DNA from: Candidatus Iainarchaeum sp. | GTDB taxonomy: Archaea > Iainarchaeota > Iainarchaeia > Iainarchaeales > GCA-2688035 | Reading direction: 5' to 3' | DNA length: 32,000 bases | Assembly: GCA_028713935.1 (NCBI GenBank) | Contig: JAQTNI010000010.1 | Coordinates: forward strand, 1,171-33,170 | Shown: positions 17,031-24,530 of the stretch, piece by piece | Position numbering within the stretch: position 1 is the first letter of the stretch | Layout of the letters: the number at the start of each line of letters is the position of its first letter | The notes under the pieces: generated by a model | What the model was told of the DNA's origin: nothing | Seen by the model: the letters and a program-made list of their open reading frames with translations, nothing else | Databases searched by the model: none | Translations under genes and position numbers: made by a program

Positions 17031-17660
17031 TTGCAAAATGATTTTTTGGCGTTTAATCAAACCCAGATTAGGTTAATAAACGGGTTTGCAGATTCTTTAT
17101 TGCATATGAACATCGAAAGCATTTTTTGGCTTTTTGTTGTTTTGTGGTTCAGTATTTTTGCAATTTTAATATTTTTATTTCCTTTTTGTTATGGAAATAC
17201 TTTTGCTTTTTTAACGAACCTAAGAAAAAAATCCGAATGGGCAAAATTTGAAAAAAAACGAGAAACGCAGTGGGGCTATCAAATAATTTTCAATACCCGC
17301 GGCATGTCTCCGATTCTGCTTAACCTATTTATAATCTATTGTATTTATGCTTACCAACCTGAAATCTCGGGTGCATTAATATTCTCGTTTATCCCTCTGC
17401 TGTTTTGTTTTTTAGGTTTTTTCGCAGCTATCAAAATCAAGCCCGAAACATTGGAGTTCAAACAGCGGAAAGAGTTTCTTTGGCCAGGTAATTATGCACC
17501 AACTGATTATTTTCCAATAAAAAGCAATTCCAAAAAATACAGTTTGCCATGGTTTGCAGTTGAACTAAGCTCATTCCAATTTAAACAATACCTTATAATC
17601 AGCACAATTCTCGGAATAATATTAATGGTTTTATTTGGTGGTTTTAGATTGTTGGGATAG
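17031..17660 (+). CDS. Hypothetical multi-pass membrane protein inside the fractured lonB locus
   Basis: 209-aa ORF (TTG 17031; first ATG 17106) in a very AT-rich stretch, where long ORFs are unlikely by chance. It has 4-5 hydrophobic helices (IFWLFVVLWFSIFAILIFLFPF, ILLNLFIIYCIYAY, ALIFSFIPLLFCFLGFFAAI, LIISTILGIILMVLFGGF). It converges on the endonuclease gene and overlaps it by 30 nt. Confidence 0.5.
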   Translation: MQNDFLAFNQTQIRLINGFADSLLHMNIESIFWLFVVLWFSIFAILIFLFPFCYGNTFAFLTNLRKKSEWAKFEKKRETQWGYQIIFNTRGMSPILLNLFIIYCIYAYQPEISGALIFSFIPLLFCFLGFFAAIKIKPETLEFKQRKEFLWPGNYAPTDYFPIKSNSKKYSLPWFAVELSSFQFKQYLIISTILGIILMVLFGGFRLLG

Positions 17661-18818
17661 TAAAGAACATAGGATAGCGTCCATCTTGTATTCCCGCGCT
17701 TTTTTGATTTCTGCTTCAAGCCTTTGCTTTTTGTCTGAAGCGTAGCGCAGCGGAAAGTTTTCGTTGAATTTTATTATTTTTACAAAGTGCGTTTGGAAGA
17801 AGATTCTGTAACAGCAGCTCTTGTGCCCGTCCTTTCGCAGGATTATTTTGCCTATTTCTTTTCTGAGATTTGGAGTGCAAGTTAAGCCAACAGAAGCGCA
17901 AAGATTCTTCAAATCTCCAAGATACTTTCTATGCTGTTCTTCGAGCGCATCAATTTTGCTTAAGCCCAAAGAAAAATTTGTGAAGCGTTTTGTCCAGTTC
18001 CAGCGTTTGTCTCCGCGAAAGCTTGGCACGGAAACTTCTGAAGAAAGCAAACCATCCAAAAAAGCAATTTTCAAATGTCTTGGCAAATCAAAAACAAACT
18101 TTGGCAAAGTGTAAATTGTTGAAACCTTGTTCCCAACAGGAGTGCCCAAAGCAACAAAAAACCTGATAACATTTCTGTCAAAAGTTCGCATATTCCACGA
18201 ATGCCCGTATTCCCCGCCTTCAACCATATTGGTTTTTCCTGAAACAAAAGGAAAAATCTCCAGCAAATCTTTTTCCCACAAGTCAACGTCATCTTTTATG
18301 GAAGAAATGAAAGCCATTGTGTTAAGTCTTTTGTCAATGCCACCATCCCCAAACAAGGTTCCCAAAATTCGCAATATTTTTTCGCAATTTTTGTGATTTG
18401 TATTGAACGGCAAAAAATTTGCTTCTTTAAGTTTTTCAACAGTTTTTAATGGCAAAGGAATTGCTTTCTTTGCGCCTTTAGTGTGCCACCATCTTGTGCT
18501 GCCCTGAGAAATACCAAGCAATGTTGCACAGTGTTTATAGCCAATTTTTGGATTTTCTTGTATCAATTTTTGGTATTCCTTGTATTTTTGGCAGGAGTTT
18601 TTGTCTTCTTTCGCATAAGTATTGATTATGTCTTGTCCATCAACCAATAGCATAGGGCTCAAAGAAACCCTGCTTTCTGAATTTAAATTCGCTTCTGGAC
18701 AGCGGGTTTCCGCTGAACGGTTTTCAATTTTTTTATTCATCGCAAATCGCCTCGTAAAATTTTTTCTGAGACGTCTTGCGAATTTTGGAGGCATTAAATC
18801 CTTTGCACCAGCATTCAA
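17631..18818 (-). CDS. Free-standing LAGLIDADG homing endonuclease (double-motif)
   Basis: Two LAGLIDADG motifs about 100 aa apart: ILRILGTLFGDGGI (around residues 148-161) and KIAFLDGLLSSEVSV (around residues 249-263). An HTH-like N-terminal region is present (YKHCATLLGISQGSTRWWHTKG). TTG start 18818; alternative ATGs at 18794 and 18740. Confidence 0.8.
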   Translation of the reverse strand: MNAGAKDLMPPKFARRLRKNFTRRFAMNKKIENRSAETRCPEANLNSESRVSLSPMLLVDGQDIINTYAKEDKNSCQKYKEYQKLIQENPKIGYKHCATLLGISQGSTRWWHTKGAKKAIPLPLKTVEKLKEANFLPFNTNHKNCEKILRILGTLFGDGGIDKRLNTMAFISSIKDDVDLWEKDLLEIFPFVSGKTNMVEGGEYGHSWNMRTFDRNVIRFFVALGTPVGNKVSTIYTLPKFVFDLPRHLKIAFLDGLLSSEVSVPSFRGDKRWNWTKRFTNFSLGLSKIDALEEQHRKYLGDLKNLCASVGLTCTPNLRKEIGKIILRKDGHKSCCYRIFFQTHFVKIIKFNENFPLRYASDKKQRLEAEIKKAREYKMDAILCSLLSQQSKTTK

Positions 18819-18905
18819 AATTCAAGCGTGCAAAGGTTTAAGCCGAGAAAATTCGAGTCGAAAGAAAAAATTGAGAGGCGATTTTATTGCAATAAAGAAA
18901 AAGCG

Positions 18906-19922
18906 TTATCTGTGAACAATCGCCAGAATTGTTTCTTTTATTTCAAGCTGCAAAAGCTTGTCCCAAAACTTGATTTTTGAGGCTTCCTTGCTATTGCCTG
19001 AAGTGAAAACTTTATGCTCGGGAGTAAGCGCAATTGTTTTGTTCCCTGCATTAAGTTCTACAAGTTCTCCGTCAAAAGGTTGCCTGTTTAATGAAAGAAT
19101 TCTTGACAAAACAACTTTTCCGTCCTTTTGTCCAAGAGTAAAAATCTTTTCTTCCGCTGGCAGCATTATTGCTTCATGACCTTTTTCATTTCTAATAATT
19201 TCTTTGCCATACTTTGCATATATTTCGCTCCAGAGCTCTGCAAAAGGTTTTTCAACAAAGCTTTCTCCTTTTTGGACGTACAAATTATTGAAACCCAGAT
19301 GGCACTGGAGCGGATCATGGCGAACATCACCAAGCAGGCTTCCTGCCCTTGCGCCTGTTGCTTCAATAAAAGGGGCGGTTTTTTTTCCTGAATTGTCAAC
19401 AAGCAGTTTTGGGGTGCGCTTGCTTTCCCTTGTTTTCATTTGCGAGCCGAGAACCAGGCCAACAAACATAAATGCCCCCATCAGCATAAGTGCCGCAAAA
19501 ATTATGTCGGAATACCATTTCAAATACCAAAAAACCCATGCAAGCAAAAACCAGCCCATTGGCAATAAGAAGCCCATCAAGCGCATGTTATCGTCTTCTT
19601 TCTGCGCATCAAGCCTTGCCTTGTGGACAATCTTTTTTCCATCGCCTGCTTTCACTGCTTTTACGTGCGGATTGTTCTGGTCAGAGCCGTTTGGAAGAAT
19701 CAGGATATCCTGCAACTGGCTTAATGGCAGAATTTCCGCCATTGCCTGCGCAAGCATGCTTTTTCCAGTCCCTGGAAGGCCGACAAGCAGAACATTTCTT
19801 TTTTGCGCCGCGGCTTTCTGGATTATTTCAACGCTTTTTTCCTGCCCAACAATCTGGTCAATAAGGCGTTCCGGAACAGGAATCTCCGCAGTGCTTTTCC
19901 AGTCTTTTTTTTCCTTTGCCAC
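18906..19922 (-). CDS. lonB: Archaeal LonB protease N-terminal half, ending in an N-intein
   Basis: The N-terminus reads IDQIVGQEKSVEIIQKAAAQKRNVLLVGLPGTGKSMLAQAMA (Walker A). The LonB-specific membrane insertion follows (FLLPMGWFLLAWVFWYL, IIFAALMLMGAFMFVGLVLG). The extein then ends at GSLLGDVRHDPLQ (residue 206). Residues 207-338 are intein-like, followed by TAA. Confidence 0.88.
   Translation of the reverse strand: MAKEKKDWKSTAEIPVPERLIDQIVGQEKSVEIIQKAAAQKRNVLLVGLPGTGKSMLAQAMAEILPLSQLQDILILPNGSDQNNPHVKAVKAGDGKKIVHKARLDAQKEDDNMRLMGFLLPMGWFLLAWVFWYLKWYSDIIFAALMLMGAFMFVGLVLGSQMKTRESKRTPKLLVDNSGKKTAPFIEATGARAGSLLGDVRHDPLQCHLGFNNLYVQKGESFVEKPFAELWSEIYAKYGKEIIRNEKGHEAIMLPAEEKIFTLGQKDGKVVLSRILSLNRQPFDGELVELNAGNKTIALTPEHKVFTSGNSKEASKIKFWDKLLQLEIKETILAIVHR
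18909..19304 (-). mobile_element. Split-intein N-fragment (IntN) fused to the LonB N-extein
   Basis: Starts with Cys207 (TGC 19304-19302): CHLGFNNLYVQKGESFV (block A). GNKTIALTPEHKVFT supplies the TxxH block B. 132 aa, then a stop. There is no endonuclease domain and no C-terminal HN in this ORF. Confidence 0.8.
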
Positions 19923-20041
19923 AACAACACCAAAAAAATAGAATTGGCTGCCTATACAATAATTAATTTCCTAAAAAGCTTAAAAAGAGAATTGGTTTAA
20001 CAATCGAAACAAGGCGCTTTCCATTCTGAAACAAGCAATTA

Positions 20042-20995
20042 TTATAGCTTGCCAGTGCTTCCAAAATCCTTCATTTTTTGCACAAAAATTTTTTCAATTG
20101 CGCTTCTTCCCTCTCCAAAATATTCGCGCAAGTCAATCGCCCCATTGTAATCGTGAACTTTTTGCAGCATTGCCCCCATGAAAGCGAGGCGCGCATCAGT
20201 GTCAATGTTTATTTTGCAGATGCCAAAAGAAATTGCTTTTTTTATTTGTAAAATCGGCACTCCCTGCGCTTCTGCGCCAATGTTCAGGCAGAATTTCCTG
20301 CATTGTTCAACTGTTTCTTTTGGAACAGAAGAAGCGCCATGCAGCACCAAGGGCATTTTTGGCAATAATTTTCTTGTTTGCTTGACAATTTCAAGTTTCA
20401 GGGAAGGATTGCCTTTGAACTTGTATGCCCCGTGAGAAGTCCCGATTGCAATTGCAAGCGCATCAATTCCTGTTTCTTCTGCAAATTGTTTTGCTTCTTC
20501 AGGGCTTGTCAGATGAGCAGAAGCAGAAGCTGAATCTTCAATTCCGCCCAGTGTGCCGATTTCGCCTTCAACGGAAATTCCCTTGCTGCGCGCAAACTCA
20601 ACAACTTTTTTTGTAATCGCGGAGTTTTCGGAAAAATCCCTTGCAGGGTGCTTTCCTGAAAAATCTTTTTTTTCATAATTGATGCTTGCGTCAATCATTA
20701 CTGAAGAAAAGCCGAGTGAAACTGCTTTTTTGCAGTCGGAAAAATTCCTTCCATGGTCTAAATGCAGTGCAAAAGGAATTTTGGAAAATCTTGCGCGTGC
20801 AAAAACAATGCTTGGCAATAAATCAGAGGAATATTCAAGCGCGCTCGGGGTAATTCCAATTATCACTGGGCTTTTTGATTTTTCAGCAGCTGAAAAAACA
20901 GCCTGCACCATTTCCATTGAATTCACATTAAATGCGGGGACAGCAAATTTTTTTTCCAATGCCTTGTGCAGCAAAGAATTAAGCGAAACAAGCAT
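20042..20995 (-). CDS. fba: Class II fructose/tagatose-bisphosphate aldolase
   Basis: From ATG 20995: MLVSLNSLLHKALEKKFAVPAFNVNSMEMVQAV ... PFALHLDHG ... IAIGTSHGAYKF ... LVLHGASS. These are class II (metal-dependent) aldolase motifs. Confidence 0.85.
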   Translation of the reverse strand: MLVSLNSLLHKALEKKFAVPAFNVNSMEMVQAVFSAAEKSKSPVIIGITPSALEYSSDLLPSIVFARARFSKIPFALHLDHGRNFSDCKKAVSLGFSSVMIDASINYEKKDFSGKHPARDFSENSAITKKVVEFARSKGISVEGEIGTLGGIEDSASASAHLTSPEEAKQFAEETGIDALAIAIGTSHGAYKFKGNPSLKLEIVKQTRKLLPKMPLVLHGASSVPKETVEQCRKFCLNIGAEAQGVPILQIKKAISFGICKINIDTDARLAFMGAMLQKVHDYNGAIDLREYFGEGRSAIEKIFVQKMKDFGSTGKL

Positions 20996-21065
20996 AATAA
21001 TCGGATAGATAAGGCACAAACAGGTATAAAAGAATTATTAAAAAAACGAGGCGAATTTTAAAATA

Positions 21066-21464
21066 TCAGATTGGCCTTGGCTTCTGCCTTGGCCTCCGCG
21101 GAAAACTGCGCCTTGGCCCTGAAAACGAAAAAGGCACTGGCGGCCTTGACTTACGCAACCACGTTCCATGCCCTCTTATCGCAACTTTTGGATTTGCTTC
21201 CTTGAAAATAGCTTCAACTGCTTCAGCAAGCCCTTTCACAACGCTTGGAGACCTGTGCGAAATGCTTACGGAATCAAACATTACAGTATCCCCTTGGATA
21301 TGGTATGTGGCATTTCCGATTGCAGGATACGGCGCATGAAGGCTTCTTTTTGCTGAAATTGCACGAATTATTATCTGGCGCCCGCTAAAAGCAATCACAT
21401 AAGAAGCTCTGCCCAATTTTATTGATTTTTTGCCTTTCAGGTAATCCATATCAAGCAATAACAA
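21066..21464 (-). CDS. Hypothetical protein with an Arg/Pro-rich C-terminal tail
   Basis: 132-aa ORF; the probable start is ATG 21449 (MDYLKGKK...). No recognisable domain. The tail is RKSRPPVPFSFSGPRRSFPRRPRQKPRPI. Confidence 0.45.
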   Translation of the reverse strand: MLLLDMDYLKGKKSIKLGRASYVIAFSGRQIIIRAISAKRSLHAPYPAIGNATYHIQGDTVMFDSVSISHRSPSVVKGLAEAVEAIFKEANPKVAIRGHGTWLRKSRPPVPFSFSGPRRSFPRRPRQKPRPI

Positions 21465-21518
21465 GTATCTGTTCTCTTATTTAAACTTTTACAAGCATTA
21501 TTTTTTCAGTGAGATATA

Positions 21519-22421
21519 ATGAAGATAATTTTTTTGGGAACCTCTTGCAGCAATCCCACTGTGGAAAGGAATCTTTCCGCAACCGCAATTCAGTTTGAGG
21601 GAAAATGGTTTTTGTTTGACTGCCCAGAAGGGACGCAAAGGCAGATGATGCAGAGCGGAGTTTCCTACATGAAAGTGCAGGCAATTTTTTTCAGCCATTT
21701 CCATGCAGACCACTTTTTGGGTTTTCCAGGCCTGGTGGCAACAATGAGCATGCATGGCCGTGACACTCCCCTTTATGTTTTCGGCCCGAAAGGGACTGAA
21801 GAGCAAATCAGGAAAAGCCTGAACCTTGCAATGATGCGGAAAGACTTTGAAATAATTGCAAAAGAAGTCAGGAAGGGAAAAATTTATGAGGAAGAAAAAT
21901 TAATTGTTGAAGCCTTTCCCTTGAAGCACGAAGTGCCATGCGCAGGGTTTGTTTTCAGGGAAAAAGACAAGCCAGGAGAATTTCAGAGAAAAAAAGCCCT
22001 GGACTTGAAAATTCCTGAAGGCCCTTTATGGAGCAAATTGCAGAAAGGCATTTCAGTAAAAGTCGATGGAAAAGTTTTCTCTCCGCAGCAGGTAATGGAT
22101 TTTTCAAAAGGAAGAAAAGGAAAAAAAGTTTCAATTGTAATGGACACACTGCCAAGCGAAACATACTTTGAAGAAATAATGGATTCAGATGTTTTGGTGC
22201 ATGAAGCGGCTTTTTTGGAAAGCCAGAGGGAACGGGCAAAAGAAACAAAGCACTCAACTGCATTTGAAGCCGGAAAAGTCGCGGAAAAAACAAGGGCAAA
22301 ACAGCTTGTTTTAACGCATTTAAGCCCGCGCAACAAGGACAATGCACAGATTGAAAACGAGGCAAGGCAGTCGTTTGCAAATGTAATTGTTGCAAAAGAC
22401 CTGCTGGAAATGGAAATATAA
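21519..22421 (+). CDS. rnz: Ribonuclease Z (tRNA 3' endonuclease, metallo-beta-lactamase fold)
   Basis: MKIIFLGTSCSNPTVERNLSATAIQFEGKWFLFDCPEGTQRQM ... FFSHFHADHFLGFPGL (HxHxDH) ... VLTHLSPR. 300 aa, typical of short-form RNase Z. Confidence 0.85.
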   Translation: MKIIFLGTSCSNPTVERNLSATAIQFEGKWFLFDCPEGTQRQMMQSGVSYMKVQAIFFSHFHADHFLGFPGLVATMSMHGRDTPLYVFGPKGTEEQIRKSLNLAMMRKDFEIIAKEVRKGKIYEEEKLIVEAFPLKHEVPCAGFVFREKDKPGEFQRKKALDLKIPEGPLWSKLQKGISVKVDGKVFSPQQVMDFSKGRKGKKVSIVMDTLPSETYFEEIMDSDVLVHEAAFLESQRERAKETKHSTAFEAGKVAEKTRAKQLVLTHLSPRNKDNAQIENEARQSFANVIVAKDLLEMEI

Positions 22422-22454
22422 AGTTTGTTTACAAATAAATGGAAGGTTTTTTTG

Positions 22455-22934
22455 ATGGGCAGCAGTAGAAAACCTGTTTCATTTGGCCAAGTGTGCGCCA
22501 AGCTGGTCAGGCGAAAATACAAACTTCCGAATGCGCAAACATTCAATATTGATTGTGAAATCGGCAGGTTCTTTAATGAAACCAGCAGATACAAAACTCA
22601 GGATGCATTAATAGCAGGATTAGGAATAGACGAAGCAACTTTCAGGCGCAGGGGAAAGGCTGTTGCAGGCATTCTTGAAAGGCAACTGGAAAGAGAGGTA
22701 AGGGATGCACTTTATAGGCTTGGCAAGGGAACTTCCACAGTACACAAAGAAAAGTTTCGCAAACAGAACCTTAAAACCTCACAAAAAACTTTTGGAAAAA
22801 CGCTTGAAAGCAATTCCAGGCAGAGGGGAAGGATTGCCTTGGCAAACAGGATAATAAACAAGAATGCGGATTTGCATCCTGAACAATTCAATGAAAAAAT
22901 AATTCCTTTGGTTAGAAGAATACTCGGGGTTTAG
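22455..22934 (+). CDS. Hypothetical basic protein (family member P4)
   Basis: ATG 22455 (the track gives TTG 22425): MGSSRKPVSFGQVCAKLVRRKYKL... It shares an LGK motif (ALYRLGKG) and the C-terminal HPEQFNEKIIPLVRRILGV with P6 and P7. Confidence 0.45.
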   Translation: MGSSRKPVSFGQVCAKLVRRKYKLPNAQTFNIDCEIGRFFNETSRYKTQDALIAGLGIDEATFRRRGKAVAGILERQLEREVRDALYRLGKGTSTVHKEKFRKQNLKTSQKTFGKTLESNSRQRGRIALANRIINKNADLHPEQFNEKIIPLVRRILGV

Positions 22935-22942
22935 GCGATAAT

Positions 22943-23674
22943 TTGAAAGTTGTTGTTCTTGCAGCTGGAAAAGGCATAAGAATGAAGCCCTTGACTGATG
23001 AAAAGCCAAAGGCAATGGTTGAACTGAAAGGAAAGCCTCTCCTTGAAAGAAGCCTTGAAGGGCTTAAAGAGGCTGGCGCTTCTGAAATCTGCCTTGTTGT
23101 TGGCTATTTGAAAGAGCAGATAAAGGATTTTTTTGGAAACAATTTTCAGGGAGTGCCTGTGTTTTATGTTGAACAAAAAGAGCAGCTTGGAACAGGCCAT
23201 GCTTTTCTGCTTGCAAAAAAATTCTGCGGAAAAGAAAATTTTTTGGCTTCCTATTGCGACCTGGTTTTTGAAGGCAGGTTCATAAAAAGCTTTTTTGAAT
23301 TTGCTGAAAAAAATTCCGGAAAGTTTTATGCTGTTGTTGCAGTAAGAAAAGCCAGTGATGTTTCAAAATTCGGGCTTGTGGAAACAGATGGCTGCATAGT
23401 AAAAAATCTTGTTGAAAAGCCAAAGCAGAAAAAACCAGGCCTTGTGAATGCGGGACTTTACTGGTTTTCCCCGAAAATTTTTGATGAGATTGAAAAAGCA
23501 AAAAAGTCCCCAAGAGGAGAAATAGAAATTACAACTCCACTCAAAAAATTGGCAAGCCAAAAACGGCTTGGCTGTTTTGAAGTGCAGGGAAAAAGCCTTG
23601 ACATTGGCACAAAAGAAGAACTGGAAAAAGCGGAAAAAGAATTTGGCGGGAAGCTGATAAAAAAATCAAACTGA
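22943..23674 (+). CDS. Sugar-1-phosphate nucleotidyltransferase (NTP_transferase family)
   Basis: MKVVVLAAGKGIRMKPLTDEKPKAMVELKGKPLL is the GxGxR..P.T...PK signature. Also LGTGHA and EKP motifs. TTG start. Confidence 0.8.
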   Translation: MKVVVLAAGKGIRMKPLTDEKPKAMVELKGKPLLERSLEGLKEAGASEICLVVGYLKEQIKDFFGNNFQGVPVFYVEQKEQLGTGHAFLLAKKFCGKENFLASYCDLVFEGRFIKSFFEFAEKNSGKFYAVVAVRKASDVSKFGLVETDGCIVKNLVEKPKQKKPGLVNAGLYWFSPKIFDEIEKAKKSPRGEIEITTPLKKLASQKRLGCFEVQGKSLDIGTKEELEKAEKEFGGKLIKKSN

Positions 23675-23714
23675 AAAGAAAAAAGCGGGCAATTTGAATT
23701 GAGGTTGTGCTATT

Positions 23715-24440
23715 ATGGCGAAGTTTTTCAATATTCGGCGGCTATTCCAATGGAGAAATAAGACTAAGCTGGCTTCACCGGAAAGCAATTTGCCTTTGCC
23801 GAAAATAAAAACTACCAAAAGAAGAACACTGGCATTTTCCCCTAAAATAAAACAATTTGTGAAACAACACCGAGGGGTATTAATCCCTTGCTTTCAAATG
23901 ATTCAGCAGCACTTGAAAGAATTAAGAGAAGGAATTCCCATAGCAAATAAAGAAACAGGAGTAAAAATTGAAAGAGCTGCCACAGGCGGGTATTGTGGGA
24001 ATGTAAAAATAGTGACTGTTAAAGTACAGGCGAGTGGAAAAGAATTTTTTGTAACAGTTGATGACAACCCAGATGGTGCCAAACAAGTATTAAAAAACCT
24101 TGAAATTGCTGAATCTCGTTTAGAAACAATTGAACATCGCATTGGAAAATACTCTGTTCAATTAATAAAACCTCATTTGGTATATGCACATTCTATTGCA
24201 CCTGGAACTACAAACCAAACTGTTTTTTGGGTAACAAATTTCTATTCCCCGAAAGAGGTAATGCAAGTGTGGGAAACTCGAGGAAAGCTGCGGCAGAGCC
24301 TTTATGCCGCATTAACACAATTAAAAATGCAAGGAACCCTACTGCCATCTGTTACAAATACCTTTTACAATAGAAAAACAAGAGAAATTCTTATTTATGA
24401 CATTGAAGACTACCCATTTCCATTTATTAGAGAGAAATAG
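23715..24440 (+). CDS. Hypothetical protein (P5)
   Basis: 241-aa ORF with mixed alpha/beta-type composition. It has a Gly-rich segment ATGGYCGNVKIV and a late ILIYDIED segment, faintly reminiscent of kinase-like folds. This is not enough for an assignment. Confidence 0.5.
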   Translation: MAKFFNIRRLFQWRNKTKLASPESNLPLPKIKTTKRRTLAFSPKIKQFVKQHRGVLIPCFQMIQQHLKELREGIPIANKETGVKIERAATGGYCGNVKIVTVKVQASGKEFFVTVDDNPDGAKQVLKNLEIAESRLETIEHRIGKYSVQLIKPHLVYAHSIAPGTTNQTVFWVTNFYSPKEVMQVWETRGKLRQSLYAALTQLKMQGTLLPSVTNTFYNRKTREILIYDIEDYPFPFIREK

Positions 24441-24530
24441 ACAAAAAAAATCGCTTTTGTTTAGGATGACTTGGAAAAAAAATTGTTGCTTCGCAAAATG
24501 GTTCAAGCACAAAACTAAGGAAAGAAACAG

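Noticed and set aside
19923-20041. Short direct repeats in intergenic regions: AGAATTGG twice at 19923-20041, and GAAATACG twice at 10520-10540
   Set aside because: 8-mers repeated once within AT-rich spacers are expected by chance. There is no further structure or conservation with other loci.
23715-24440. Protein-kinase-like assignment for P5, from the Gly-rich TGGYCGNV and the late YDIED segment
   Set aside because: No clear VAIK Lys and no HxD catalytic loop could be placed. The resemblance is too weak without a profile search, so it is left as hypothetical.
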